A stretch of DNA of 18,358 nucleotides from an uncultured archaeon (GTDB taxonomy: Archaea > Altiarchaeota > Altiarchaeia > JAFGQM01), in contig CAZQBY010000001.1 of assembly GCA_964592405.1 (NCBI GenBank), positions 1 through 18,358 on the forward strand, given 5' to 3'. The first letter of the stretch is position 1. Every line of letters begins with the position of its first letter. The position numbers and the translations under genes were made by a program. This document shows, in pieces, positions 6,479 through 18,089 of the stretch. The notes below the pieces were generated by a model. That model saw only the letters and a program-made list of their open reading frames with translations. It was not told where the DNA came from and did no database searches.

Positions 6479-7006
6479 ATGGACCAGAAGGTTTTTCTGG
6501 CTTTGATTCTTATTCTGGTTATACTGACTGTAGCACTTCTGCTGATGCAGGGAGGGGGGCCAGCTGTGAGGCCTTCTGCCAAGCCCTCTGAGGTCCGGTT
6601 CACTCAGACGGAATGCGACTCGATATGTAAGTCGGCTGAATACGACAGGGGGGAGTGCCTGTCTTCCGGACAGGCGACTTCAGACATGGTCAAAACCCAG
6701 CCGTGCGTTGGGTCAGGAAGCTGTTACTGCTACAACGAGCCGGAGGCGCCCGAGGCTCCCGAGGAGCCTACCATGGCTGAACTCTACTGTGTTGGCATGC
6801 CGCTGAGCGAGGCTGAACAGATAGCAGAGGGCAGTGAGTGCACAGCCAACAGCTCCCTTACCGACGATGTGTTCTGTAACAACATTACACGCACTTGGTG
6901 GATAAAACTCGACCTGCAGCGGGAGGGCTGCAATCCGGCCTGCGTAATCAGCGTTGACAACAGGACGGCGGAGATAAACTGGCGGTGCACCGGACTTCTG
7001 GTGTAA
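6479..7006 (+). CDS. Membrane-anchored protein with two Cys-rich domains
   Basis: Start reassigned to ATG 6479 (MDQKVFLALILILVIL...). First domain CxxxC..GxC..C..CxC; C-terminal domain CN..T.TWWI.LD...GCNPACV...AEINWRCTGL. Confidence 0.8.
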   Translation: MDQKVFLALILILVILTVALLLMQGGGPAVRPSAKPSEVRFTQTECDSICKSAEYDRGECLSSGQATSDMVKTQPCVGSGSCYCYNEPEAPEAPEEPTMAELYCVGMPLSEAEQIAEGSECTANSSLTDDVFCNNITRTWWIKLDLQREGCNPACVISVDNRTAEINWRCTGLLV

Positions 7007-7085
7007 GCGAGTAGTGGTTCTCAGGTGGAAGTGGCTTAATTTTTTAACTTAAATACCTAATTATCCTAGATTTTACAACCTGAAG

Positions 7086-7643
7086 ATGGTCGAACTCAGG
7101 CTTACGGATAACGAAAAGGGCGTCCTCAAATTCCTTATAAGGGATGGGCGTGCCTCATGTTCTGATATTGCCAGATTCCTTGGCATAACCCCGCAGGCTG
7201 TGGTAAAGATAAAAAGAAAGCTCGAGCAGATGGGCATCATAAAGGGCTACAGCGCCGAGGTGGACTGCGGCAAGCTCGGCGCGCAGGTCTTCGCCCTCAT
7301 CTGCTACAACATAAACATGGGTGGGTCGAAGGAGGGGCAGGAGCAGGTTCTAAGGGAGAGGATGAAGGCGGACCCGTTCATGCTGAGGCTCTATCGCATA
7401 CCGACGGGCACCGAGTGCACGCATGTTGGAATCTTCGCCTTCCGCAACATGGATGAGATGGGGGAGTATGTCAGCAGGGCCAGGAAGGCCATACGCAGGG
7501 ACCACCTGGAGGATAATTTCAGAATCCTGAAGATCCATATCATCCCGTTCAGAAGCCTGCTGAAGGACGACGCCAAGGGCTTCCTTCTCAAGATAGTCGG
7601 CGAGCTGGGCGGAAAGCCTGTGCTGGAGACCCCGTTCGACTGA
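7086..7643 (+). CDS. Lrp/AsnC family transcriptional regulator
   Basis: N-terminal HTH (DGRASCSDIARFLGITPQAV..IKRKLEQMGIIKGYSAEVD..KLG) followed by a RAM-like domain. Confidence 0.88.
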   Translation: MVELRLTDNEKGVLKFLIRDGRASCSDIARFLGITPQAVVKIKRKLEQMGIIKGYSAEVDCGKLGAQVFALICYNINMGGSKEGQEQVLRERMKADPFMLRLYRIPTGTECTHVGIFAFRNMDEMGEYVSRARKAIRRDHLEDNFRILKIHIIPFRSLLKDDAKGFLLKIVGELGGKPVLETPFD

Positions 7644-7688
7644 GGGTTCCCTGCCGCTGCTATGCCACAAAATAACAATGCTTGGGGG

Positions 7689-9041
<1,353 letters not shown>

Positions 9042-9154
9042 TTATTTATCAGGTACTAATTTAAATATAAGCCAGTATAAGCTGGACAGCGTTTAAGCTG
9101 CACTGGTTCAGGTGCCAGAGTTCTCCTTTTCTTAATCCTTCATCTAATTAATTC

Positions 9155-10258
9155 ATGTCCTCAAATACCTTTGGGAAGGAGTTCTGTATCACTACGTGGG
9201 GTGAGAGCCATGGACCAGCCGTAGGCTGTATAGTGGACGGATGCCCTGCGGGTCTAGAGATAACCATAAAAGACATCCAGAGGGATCTTGACCGGAGAAA
9301 GCCGGGTATGAGCAGTGTTTCCACTGCACGCATGGAGAGAGATATCGTCAGGATACTCTCTGGAATATTTGAGGGCAGGACCCTTGGGACGCCTGTATCA
9401 CTTCTGGTAGAGAATAAAGATGTCGATTCGTCAGTTTACAAATTGCTCAAAGACAAGCCCCGGCCGGGTCATGCCGACTACACTTGGCAGGCCAAGTTCG
9501 GCATCCGTGACTGGAGAGGGGGAGGGCGCGCAAGCGCACGCGAGACCGTTGGAAGAGTAGCCGGAGGAAGCATAGCAAAGCGTCTGCTGTCTGAAGCCTT
9601 GGGTGTGCGTGTAGCAGCCTATACCATTGAGATAGGCGGCATCCGGGCAGTGGAAGTAGCTTTGGGTGATGTGTGCAGGGCAAAGGATATCATATACTCA
9701 AACCCGGTGCGCGTTCTGGACGCGAAAGCAGCCAAAGCTATGGAAGATGCGGTTAAAGCTGCAAAGGAGAATGGTGACTCAGTGGGAGGCATCATTGAGT
9801 GTGTTGCGCTGAATGTGCCGGCAGGTCTGGGTGAACCAGTTTTCGACAAGCTCACTGCAGATCTGGCAAAAGCGGTCATGTCCATACCGGCTGTCAGGGG
9901 TGTGGAGTTCGGGGCTGGCTTTGCCATGGCGCGCATGAGAGGGAGTGAGGCCAATGACGAGATAGTAACCAGCGGCAAGAAGATCCGGACAAAGACCAAC
10001 AACTCGGGTGGAATAAATGGCGGGATATCCAATGGGATGCCCATAATTCTGCGTGCAGCCGTGAAGCCAACTTCCTCAATAGGTCGTGAGCAGAGGACTG
10101 TGGACCTAAAGACCGGGAAGTCTGCGAGGATAAGCATAAAAGGACGTCATGATCCCTGTGTGGTTCCGCGCGCCGTTCCCGTAATTGAAGCCATGGTCTC
10201 ACTGGTGCTGGCGGACCACGGGCTGAGGAGCGGACTCATACCACGTTCTTTAATATAA
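9155..10258 (+). CDS. aroC: Chorismate synthase
   Basis: [38 protein letters not shown] and GRHDPC motifs. Confidence 0.97.
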   Translation: MSSNTFGKEFCITTWGESHGPAVGCIVDGCPAGLEITIKDIQRDLDRRKPGMSSVSTARMERDIVRILSGIFEGRTLGTPVSLLVENKDVDSSVYKLLKDKPRPGHADYTWQAKFGIRDWRGGGRASARETVGRVAGGSIAKRLLSEALGVRVAAYTIEIGGIRAVEVALGDVCRAKDIIYSNPVRVLDAKAAKAMEDAVKAAKENGDSVGGIIECVALNVPAGLGEPVFDKLTADLAKAVMSIPAVRGVEFGAGFAMARMRGSEANDEIVTSGKKIRTKTNNSGGINGGISNGMPIILRAAVKPTSSIGREQRTVDLKTGKSARISIKGRHDPCVVPRAVPVIEAMVSLVLADHGLRSGLIPRSLI

Positions 10259-10290
10259 TTAAGCATTCTAAATCTGGATTAAATCTGAAA

Positions 10291-10869
10291 ATGATTCTGG
10301 GCATTTCAGCAGGGAAACCAAACGGCAACACAGATATTCTGGTCAAAGCCGCCCTTGGCGAGTGTGAGAAGGCAGGCCTTGAGACAATGTTTGTCAGTCT
10401 CTGGGACAAGAAGATAGGTCCGTGCGTTGATTGTGGCAGGTGCAGATCACAGGAAACCTGCTGGCAGGATGACTCCATGAAGGAGATACAGCCGCTGCTG
10501 GAAAGGGCTGAGGCCATGATAATAGGCTCACCAACCTACTTCGGCAATGTCTCATCGCGCATATCCCTGTTGTTTGAGCGCACCCTCCCGCTCAGACGCA
10601 ATGGCTTCAAGCTGAGGGGAAAAATAGGGGGTGCGGTCGCGGTTGGAGGCTCACGCAACGGCGGGCAGGAGTCAGTGATCAGGACAATCCAGAACTGGTT
10701 TACACTACACGGCATGATAGTAGTTGGCGACGATGCTCCCACTGCTCACTTTGGCGGGATAGGTGTTGGGCGCAGGCCGGGCGATGCGGCGAAGGACGAG
10801 ATTGGGCTGGCAACAGCGGTAAACCTTGGTAAGCACCTGGCTGAAGTAGTATCATCTTTCAAAAAGTAG
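10291..10869 (+). CDS. Iron-sulfur flavoprotein (Isf) / FMN reductase-family flavodoxin
   Basis: GIS...GNT FMN loop, CxxCxxCx5C (CVDCGRCRSQETC), GSPTYFG, and GGSRNGGQE. Confidence 0.9.
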   Translation: MILGISAGKPNGNTDILVKAALGECEKAGLETMFVSLWDKKIGPCVDCGRCRSQETCWQDDSMKEIQPLLERAEAMIIGSPTYFGNVSSRISLLFERTLPLRRNGFKLRGKIGGAVAVGGSRNGGQESVIRTIQNWFTLHGMIVVGDDAPTAHFGGIGVGRRPGDAAKDEIGLATAVNLGKHLAEVVSSFKK

Positions 10870-10870
10870 A

Positions 10871-11791
10871 ATGGTTTCTGCAACCGCTTTATGCCATGGG
10901 GCAGCGACTATAGTCAATGCCATAGCCGCCGGCAGGGGCGCAGCCTTCGGACTGGATCTGCCAGCTAGGGTCACGGTGGAGCTCAGAGACAGTGGCAGTG
11001 TGACAGCTGTGAATGTTGGAGAGCCCAAACTTGTAGAGATATGCGTGAGGAACGTGCTGAATCTGTTTGATTATGGTTACGGCGCGGCAATACATGTGGA
11101 GTCGGATATACCTGTGGCACGCGGACTTAAGAGTTCCAGTGCCGTTGCTAACGCAGCTGTATTGGCCACTTTCGGTGTGCTGGCCAAGAAGCATGGCGGG
11201 ATAAAAACCCTCAGGATAGATAAGGAGCTCAGCAGGCAACAGCTCGTGATAGGCAACGAGGAGATAAGGGACGAGACAATACTTGATATTAGCGTGCAGT
11301 CCGCCAAGGAAGCGGGTGTGACGATAACCGGTGCGCTGGATGATGCCGCAGCAGCCTATTTCGGCGGGTTTGTGGTGACGGATAACCTACAGAACAGGAT
11401 ACTCAGGAGAGGTGAGATGGAGAAGCTGTCTGCAGTCATTTTCGTCCCGGAGAAACAGACACATACTAGGGACTTTGATGTAGCGGGAGCCAGAATCTTT
11501 CGCAGAGAGGTAGAGGCAGTGTGGCAGCTGGCACTCTCCGGCGACATCTACACCGCCATGACGCTCAACGGGCTGATATATTCGGCGGCCATAGGGGATG
11601 GAAACTCTGCGCGCATAGCAGCCCTGGCAATGAGGGCAGGGGCGGTAGCAGCAGGATTGTCAGGCACCGGTCCGGCAGTGGTCGCCATAACGAAGGGCAA
11701 TGCAGATAAGATACTTGCCGCTTGGGACGGGCTCAACGGAAGGCTTATCGAGACTAGAGTTAACAACGAGAAGGCGAGGGTCATCCTGTAG
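10871..11791 (+). CDS. aroK: Archaeal shikimate kinase (GHMP family)
   Basis: GAATIVNAIA.G.GAAFG, IPVARGLKSSSA, TITGALDDA and AAGLSGTGP; in an operon with aroC. Confidence 0.93.
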   Translation: MVSATALCHGAATIVNAIAAGRGAAFGLDLPARVTVELRDSGSVTAVNVGEPKLVEICVRNVLNLFDYGYGAAIHVESDIPVARGLKSSSAVANAAVLATFGVLAKKHGGIKTLRIDKELSRQQLVIGNEEIRDETILDISVQSAKEAGVTITGALDDAAAAYFGGFVVTDNLQNRILRRGEMEKLSAVIFVPEKQTHTRDFDVAGARIFRREVEAVWQLALSGDIYTAMTLNGLIYSAAIGDGNSARIAALAMRAGAVAAGLSGTGPAVVAITKGNADKILAAWDGLNGRLIETRVNNEKARVIL

Positions 11792-11880
11792 TTTTGACAA
11801 TTGTTTTTATTGACATATACATAAGTTTAACGTCGCACTCGTGTTGTTCTGTTCTATAAAAACAAAAATACTTTAATAAA

Positions 11881-13038
11881 ATGGCTCTAGAAAAAAGGAA
11901 GGATAGTGAATATGGGAAAGATGATAGGGGAGCTGGGGAGATGACGGGAGAGGGGAAGTCAGCAGGAAACCGTTACATCCTGATAGCAGTTGCCATAATT
12001 GTGGCTGTTGTCATAGCAGGAGCAATATTCTACATTGCCTCGCAAACCACCTCCCAAAGCAAACCTTTGAAGACCGGCGTGGAGGAATCAGGGCAGGAGA
12101 GCATAGCCCAGGCTGAACTGCCTACAGGCGAACCCTCATTTGACGAGCTGCTAAGTAAGGCTTTTGAGGCAGGGATGAGGATTGAGAAGGGCTCTGCCGA
12201 TATGTCGGCCACCATGGAGATGGGAGGCGATGTTATGGCCGGGCAGGAGATGTCCATGAGAGTCGGCATGGAAGCAAAATATGATAAGGCGAACAATATT
12301 ATTTACAGCAGAGCCTCATCGAGTATCACAGGTGCCCAGCTGCCATTCAATGAGCAGGTTATCGAATCTTATATAGTGGATGATGTCGTCTACACCAAGC
12401 TTGCAGATCCCTATGGCGGGCAGGATTACTGGATCAAACAACCTTTGGGGTATGATTTTTGGGAAAGCCTTGAGAGCACAAACCTGTCCGAAATACTGGA
12501 TCTGGTACAGGGTCAGATAGTTGGCACTGAAACCAAAAACGGCAGGGAAGCCTATAAGCTGGTTGTTCAGCCGAACATAGGCAAACTTGTTGAGTATATG
12601 TACAGCATGGGGAATATGGGGATTAGTGTTGTGGAGATGGATGAACTGATCGGTCAAATTACCAACTCAGTAAAGAAGGCTGACTTCACAATCTGGATCT
12701 CAACGAATGATTATCTCCCAATAGCAATGGAGGGCAGTATAGAGGCCTCTCTAGATATCGGCGAACTGGTAGGTACGGCCGGGCAGGGCACTCTGGACCT
12801 GTCTATTGAACTTTTGGCGGATGCAGACTATGATTCTCCAGTGGATATACGGCTACCCGATGAGGCCCTTGATGCTGTTGAGTTTGCAGGCAATACTGCC
12901 TCATACTGCGGCGACGGATGGTGTGATGAGCTTTATGGAGAGGATGCATACAACTGTCAGGCAGACTGCTACTGTGGTAACTATATCTGTGAGACGACGG
13001 AGGATGAGGAATCATGTCCAGAGGACTGCTCCACATAA
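11881..13038 (+). CDS. Membrane-anchored LppX/LolA-like beta-rich protein with C-terminal Cys-rich repeats
   Basis: TM (YILIAVAIIVAVVIAGAIFYIA); E.YIV...VY.K...W.K; G.E..NG.E.Y.L; IWI...DYLP; DY..PV.I.LP.EA; CGDG.C/CGN..C tail. The start may be ATG 11941. Confidence 0.75.
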   Translation: MALEKRKDSEYGKDDRGAGEMTGEGKSAGNRYILIAVAIIVAVVIAGAIFYIASQTTSQSKPLKTGVEESGQESIAQAELPTGEPSFDELLSKAFEAGMRIEKGSADMSATMEMGGDVMAGQEMSMRVGMEAKYDKANNIIYSRASSSITGAQLPFNEQVIESYIVDDVVYTKLADPYGGQDYWIKQPLGYDFWESLESTNLSEILDLVQGQIVGTETKNGREAYKLVVQPNIGKLVEYMYSMGNMGISVVEMDELIGQITNSVKKADFTIWISTNDYLPIAMEGSIEASLDIGELVGTAGQGTLDLSIELLADADYDSPVDIRLPDEALDAVEFAGNTASYCGDGWCDELYGEDAYNCQADCYCGNYICETTEDEESCPEDCST

Positions 13039-13045
13039 GTCAATA

Positions 13046-13906
13046 ATGGCTAGGAGGAAGAGACATAGTATTGAGGGGCGTGAGGAGACCGGATATGGAG
13101 GGGGTTTTGCCCTGCTTGTGGTGTTAGTCCTCATTGGAGGGGTAATTTATTCCATGTTCTCCGGACCTCCGCCCAAACCACCCGCTGATGCGAGCAACCT
13201 GCTGGCCCAGAGCATTTTGGCTCTGGAATCAGTAAACAAGGAGAGCTTCACTTTCGACGGTACCTTGAGGATATCCAGTGGTGTTGACAATATGGAGCTT
13301 CCCATCTCAGGAGAGGGACGCATAGACCTAGCTAATCAAAGGATGAGCCTTAAGCTGAATATTGGGCCGGACCTTGGAACCGGGCCGGGAACTGATGATG
13401 TGCTGACCATAGAGACCTATACAATAGGTAATACTGTCTATAGCGGCATTATGGGCAAGTGGTCCAAATACCCCCTAGATACAGCCTGGAGCGGTAGCAA
13501 ATTTTCCAGAAAGATTATAGATATGGCACGGAACCTTGACACCTCCATAGGCAAAAGAGAGACAGTCAATGGAAAAGAAACCATAAGGGTTGATGTAGAT
13601 GCAACGGTGGAGGACCTCCTTGATCTGCTTGCTACTATGCAGGCAGCTCCCCTGGATGCCACAGCAGAAAAACTTGCTGCAGGTATTAGAAATATAGGAA
13701 TGGTCATCTGGATAGATGCCAATGATTTCCTGCCTGTTAAGACAAGCCTGAGCTTCACTATTGAAGGCAGGGAGATAAACCTGTTTGGTGGGGGTGTCAA
13801 CAAATCTGGGGTTTCCTTGGACATCAATATCAACTTTGATTTCAAGACCCCCTTCCATATAATCCTCCCTTCTGCAGCTCGAAGAGCAGAGAGCATCACA
13901 ATCTAG
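13046..13906 (+). CDS. Second membrane-anchored LppX/LolA-like protein (tandem paralog)
   Basis: Start reassigned to ATG 13046 (MARRKRHS...), 7 nt after the upstream stop. TM helix; ETYTIG..VY...W.K; ETVNGKE; IWIDANDFLP; DF.TP..I.LP.AA. Confidence 0.75.
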   Translation: MARRKRHSIEGREETGYGGGFALLVVLVLIGGVIYSMFSGPPPKPPADASNLLAQSILALESVNKESFTFDGTLRISSGVDNMELPISGEGRIDLANQRMSLKLNIGPDLGTGPGTDDVLTIETYTIGNTVYSGIMGKWSKYPLDTAWSGSKFSRKIIDMARNLDTSIGKRETVNGKETIRVDVDATVEDLLDLLATMQAAPLDATAEKLAAGIRNIGMVIWIDANDFLPVKTSLSFTIEGREINLFGGGVNKSGVSLDININFDFKTPFHIILPSAARRAESITI

Positions 13907-13971
13907 CCACTGCTCACTGCTCACACCCCAGTGATGTTTTTATATTGTAATCATGAAATTAGGTGGGGGAA

Positions 13972-15765
13972 ATGACATCAGATGCACGGATAAAGAAGAT
14001 TTCTGAGGCAAGCGGCCTCTCTGTGGATGAAGTCAAGGGATTAATCGAGAAGAAGAAGGAGGAGACTGCCGGTCTTCTGACTGATCATGGCGCTATCTAT
14101 GCCTTGGAAAAAGAGTACGGTATATCCCACGAAGAAGGTGGGCGAATGGATTTCACCAAGATATCTGATATAAAGCCCAATGAGAATAATATCAACATTG
14201 TGGGAGTTGTCAAGGAGGTACGCCCTATTAAAAAATTCCAAACAGACAAACGCTCAGGACAGTTGGCACGTGTAGTACTGGCTGATGACAAGGGAGAGAC
14301 AAATGTCATCCTCTGGGACAAACTTGCCGAGCTTGTCAATACGAGCAAACTGAGTCTTGGCAAAATTGTTATCATAAAGAACGGTTATACCCGGGAGGGT
14401 CTTGACAAGAAGCCTGAGGTCCACGTCGGAAATCTGGGAAGGATAATCATTGAACCCAAGAACATAGATCCTGAGCTGACAAAACAATTCCCTAAGATCG
14501 AAGAGAAGCTCACCAAAATAGGAGAACTCAAGGAAAATGAAGTCGCCTCCACACAGGGGAGAGTCCTCTACATTTATGACAAGTCGGAGTTTGACCGCCC
14601 CGATGGGCGCAAGGGTCAGCGTGCAAGCATGATAATTGAGGACGAGACAGGCAAGCTGAGGGTGGTTCTATGGGACTCTAATGCGGATTTGATAAGCCGC
14701 TTCAGTGAGGGAGATGTTGTCAAGATTGAAAATGGACAGGTTCGTCAGGGCAATCGAGGACTGGAGATACACATAGGCAATCGCGGTCGGGTGCTCCCAT
14801 CGGATGCCAAGTTAGATCTTCCGGAGATGGAAGAGGCCAAAATCTATAAACTGGCAGAGATGGAAGAGGGATTACAGAACGTGAACGTTGCTGGCAGGGT
14901 CATGAGAATACTGCCCATAAAGGAGTTCACCTCAGGCAACCGCACCGGCAAACTGGCATCGCTCATACTGATAGATGAAACAGGTATATTGCGTGCAGTC
15001 CTCTGGAATGAGAAGGCCGATCATGTCAAGAAGATAAAGCAGGGGGATACCGTGCTTATAAGGAGCGGGTATACCAAACCTAGCCTCACAGGAGAAATGG
15101 AGGTCCATGTTCCCAGCAGAGGGAGCATTCATATCAATCCGGAGAATGTGAAGGTAGCTGACATAACTACTCTGATAAACAAACATGCTGAGGAGAAGAA
15201 GATATCTGACATCAAGCCAGACGATCGCAATGTTAGGATAATCGGGACCATAGAGGATGTGGATGAGAGCCCAATAATGTTTGAGATATGCCGGGAATGT
15301 GGTTCGCGAATAGAAAATGTTGCAGGAGAGTGGCTCTGTGATATCTGCGGTGAGGCTGAACCAGCTTATGGCATGGTCATCAGCTGTGGGGTTTCGGATG
15401 GCAGTGGCGACATCAGGGCAGTTTTCTATCGTGACTTGGCAGAGCAGCTGACAGGCCTCAGCGTCACCGACGCTCTGAACCTTATCGGTGAAACGGGCGA
15501 TGAACTCGCACCGGTGAGGCAGGTCAGAGACGGAATAGTAGGCAAGAGCATAGCCATTACAGGTAACGCCCGCTACAATGACTATCAAGACAAGCTCGAG
15601 CTGGTAGTTTCTTCTCTTGAAATGTTACCTTCAACGTCCAAAACACCCAAGAAGTCCGTCTCCAAGAAGGGAACTCCACCCGATGACGTCCCTGAGGAGG
15701 TCCTACGGGATGCGGACCTGCCCGAGGGGGACATTGAGGTGGAGGAGATAAAACTGGATGAATGA
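13972..15765 (+). CDS. rpa: Replication protein A (multiple OB folds plus Zn finger)
   Basis: Repeated OB units (D.TG.LR.VLW), CRECG...CDICG zinc ribbon, acidic tail. SD-like AGGTGG at 13961 favours ATG 13972 over GTG 13963. Confidence 0.92.
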   Translation: MTSDARIKKISEASGLSVDEVKGLIEKKKEETAGLLTDHGAIYALEKEYGISHEEGGRMDFTKISDIKPNENNINIVGVVKEVRPIKKFQTDKRSGQLARVVLADDKGETNVILWDKLAELVNTSKLSLGKIVIIKNGYTREGLDKKPEVHVGNLGRIIIEPKNIDPELTKQFPKIEEKLTKIGELKENEVASTQGRVLYIYDKSEFDRPDGRKGQRASMIIEDETGKLRVVLWDSNADLISRFSEGDVVKIENGQVRQGNRGLEIHIGNRGRVLPSDAKLDLPEMEEAKIYKLAEMEEGLQNVNVAGRVMRILPIKEFTSGNRTGKLASLILIDETGILRAVLWNEKADHVKKIKQGDTVLIRSGYTKPSLTGEMEVHVPSRGSIHINPENVKVADITTLINKHAEEKKISDIKPDDRNVRIIGTIEDVDESPIMFEICRECGSRIENVAGEWLCDICGEAEPAYGMVISCGVSDGSGDIRAVFYRDLAEQLTGLSVTDALNLIGETGDELAPVRQVRDGIVGKSIAITGNARYNDYQDKLELVVSSLEMLPSTSKTPKKSVSKKGTPPDDVPEEVLRDADLPEGDIEVEEIKLDE

Positions 15766-16709
15766 GAATGGCAAAAATAGAGAGTATAGATGACCTGCCC
15801 GGGGTTGGACCGGCAGTTGCTGACAGGCTGGTTGAGGCAGGATACAGGGACCTTATGGCGGTAGCTGCAGCATCCCCCGGCGAGCTTAAGGAGGCCATAG
15901 GTATGGGAGAGGCCACTGCAAAGCGCATAATATCTGCAGCTCAGGATGCCGTTGAGATGGGCTTTGAAACCGGGGTGGATATCATGAAGAAACGCGAGCA
16001 GATTGGCAAGCTCACAACCGGGAGCAGTGAACTGGACAAGATACTTGGCGGGGGCATAGAGTCGCAGGCGATAACAGAATTCTATGGTAAGTTTGCAGCC
16101 GGAAAAACCCAGATAACCCACCAGCTCTCGGTGAACGTCCAGTTGCCCAAGGAGAAGGGGGGGCTGGAGGGCAAAGCACTCTATATAGACACTGAGGGGA
16201 CGTTCCGCCCGGAAAGGATAAGCCAGATGGCCAAAATGCTTGAGCTGGATACCGAAGAGGTGCTGAAAAACATTATGGTGGGGAGGGCTTATAACAGCGA
16301 TCACCAGATGCTACTTGCTGAGAAAGCGGAGAAGATAATCCCGGAGAAGGGTGTACGACTGGTGATAGTTGATTCCCTGATGGGGCTCTTTCGGGCCGAG
16401 TATGTCGGGAGAGGGACTCTTGCCGACCGCCAGCAGAAACTTAACCGCCACTTGGCTGTCTTGGGGAAAATTGCCACTCAGAACAATCTGCCTGTAGTCG
16501 TGACCAACCAGGTCATGGCGCAGCCGGGAATGCTTTTTGGAGATCCAACTGCACCAATTGGGGGGCACATACTGGGCCACAAGAGCACGTTTAGGATATA
16601 TCTGCGAAAGGGCAAGGGTGAGAAGCGTGTGGCCAAGCTGGTGGATTCGCCACATCTTCCGGATGCTGAGTGCGTATTCTCGATAACCGAGGGGGGAGTG
16701 TCGGACTAG
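15762..16709 (+). CDS. radA: DNA repair and recombination protein RadA
   Basis: HhH (LPGVGP), [49 protein letters not shown], and GGHILGH. No intein. The start may be ATG 15768. Confidence 0.97.
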   Translation: MRMAKIESIDDLPGVGPAVADRLVEAGYRDLMAVAAASPGELKEAIGMGEATAKRIISAAQDAVEMGFETGVDIMKKREQIGKLTTGSSELDKILGGGIESQAITEFYGKFAAGKTQITHQLSVNVQLPKEKGGLEGKALYIDTEGTFRPERISQMAKMLELDTEEVLKNIMVGRAYNSDHQMLLAEKAEKIIPEKGVRLVIVDSLMGLFRAEYVGRGTLADRQQKLNRHLAVLGKIATQNNLPVVVTNQVMAQPGMLFGDPTAPIGGHILGHKSTFRIYLRKGKGEKRVAKLVDSPHLPDAECVFSITEGGVSD

Positions 16710-17389
16710 GCCTTTATCCTGAAGGTCTCAGGCTTGCCGGTTTTAGGGTCCACAGCCTCGATTATGTGGTACTTGTCCATATCATGGAGGACCGGGTCCT
16801 CGCCCAGCTGCGGGGTGCCGTCGTTGACCATGAGGACCTCCTGATAGGGCCCTGTACTCTCTCCCTTGCCGGGTATGATGGCATCAGCGGTCGACCGCCG
16901 GGCGACCTCTCGATAGCCGTTGCGCCTGAATACTGGGACAGATTTCTCATCGACCCATACCTCGAGCCTGCCTCCACGTCCCGCCCGGTATTCTGCCTCG
17001 GTCCTGGCAACCGCCCTCGTCCCCAGGCCCTGTCCCCTCAACCTGGGCGGTATCCTGACATGCCCCATGTGCTCGCCCCTGTAGGCGTAGCCCAGTTCCC
17101 TGTGAGGGCGCTCGACGCCGTCTTCGCCGACAGTGAAGAACCAGATGGAAGGCACGGAGGGGTTCAGGGGGGAGCTCCGGCATGCCCGCATGGTCAGGAT
17201 GCTGCCGTCTGCTAGTTTGTACACGCCCTGCAGCGTCGCCGGCTTTCCTTCCACATTAATCTTAAGCGGCAGCTCGATTCTCCTGCGGCCCTCATGCGGG
17301 TCATAGAAGGCTATCCTGCCCTTGGGCATGAGCCTTTGCCTCTCCCTCGGGCGGGCCATCTCCAGGTGCCTGACGCTAGGCCTTTTCAT
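16706..17389 (-). CDS. GNAT-fold acetyltransferase-like orphan
   Basis: [18 protein letters not shown] (acetyl-CoA motif A) and [10 protein letters not shown] (motif B-like); TATA-like TTTATAAG about 21 nt upstream; stop overlaps the radA stop (CTAG). Confidence 0.7.
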   Translation of the reverse strand: MKRPSVRHLEMARPRERQRLMPKGRIAFYDPHEGRRRIELPLKINVEGKPATLQGVYKLADGSILTMRACRSSPLNPSVPSIWFFTVGEDGVERPHRELGYAYRGEHMGHVRIPPRLRGQGLGTRAVARTEAEYRAGRGGRLEVWVDEKSVPVFRRNGYREVARRSTADAIIPGKGESTGPYQEVLMVNDGTPQLGEDPVLHDMDKYHIIEAVDPKTGKPETFRIKA

Positions 17390-17417
17390 GTTAATATAAG
17401 GGGGAAAATCTTATAAA

Positions 17418-18062
17418 TCACCAGTCGGTAAGCCTGAGCTGCGCCCTGCGGTCCACTGTGGACCATTTCTTGCGCACGATGTCCGGAAAGCTGCGGTTCT
17501 TCTTCCAGTGCCCGTCCAGCCAGCGCTGCGTCACCGGGTCGCTTGGGTAGCCAGTCCCCAGCTCGCCGTGCTCTTTTGCCAGTTCGGCTATTGCCGCGTC
17601 GCGCGCAACCTTTGCGAGTATGGAGGCTGCGCCGGTGATGCAGTAGTTTAAATCGGCTTTATGTTCAGCGACTATCCTTACAGGCTTCTTGCAGAGGTTG
17701 CTTATATTCATACAGTAGCGGGCAGGAATGGTATCAGGACAATCAACATAGCATACGTCCGGCGTGATATTTAGAGAGTCGAGCAGCTCGGCGGTCTTGA
17801 TGGCTTCTATCTCATTGAGTGAGGCACTCTTCATCCATTCCGTTATATCGGCCGCGCTTAGGGAGAGGAGAGCATGTTCAACAGCCAGCTTTCTTATCTT
17901 GTGGGAGAGCTTTATGCGGGTTTCCGGATCCAACAGTTTGGAGTCTGTCACACCCAGCTTCTTGAGCCTAGACTCGTGCTTCCTTTCTATTACGACAGCT
18001 GCGAACACCATCGGACCTATGACCGGTCCGCGGCCGGCCTCGTCCACACCGCAGATTAGCAT
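17418..18062 (-). CDS. rnhB: Ribonuclease HII
   Basis: GVDEAGRGPVIGP, DSKLL, EHKAD, AASILAKV.RD, GTGYPSDP, and a C-terminal PIP-like QLRLTDW. Confidence 0.97.
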   Translation of the reverse strand: MLICGVDEAGRGPVIGPMVFAAVVIERKHESRLKKLGVTDSKLLDPETRIKLSHKIRKLAVEHALLSLSAADITEWMKSASLNEIEAIKTAELLDSLNITPDVCYVDCPDTIPARYCMNISNLCKKPVRIVAEHKADLNYCITGAASILAKVARDAAIAELAKEHGELGTGYPSDPVTQRWLDGHWKKNRSFPDIVRKKWSTVDRRAQLRLTDW

Positions 18063-18089
18063 GGATAGATTACCGGGGAAAGGATAAAA

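Noticed and set aside
12806-13045. N-terminal extension of the 366-aa ORF
   Set aside because: It overlaps the upstream gene; ATG 13046 gives a sensible TM-anchored protein.
13908-13924. CACTGCT tandem repeat
   Set aside because: Only about 2.5 copies of a 7-mer; compatible with chance.
16086-16109. RadA Walker A variant GKFAAGKT as an inactive paralog
   Set aside because: GxxxxGKT is intact, and the HhH domain and all other motifs are canonical.
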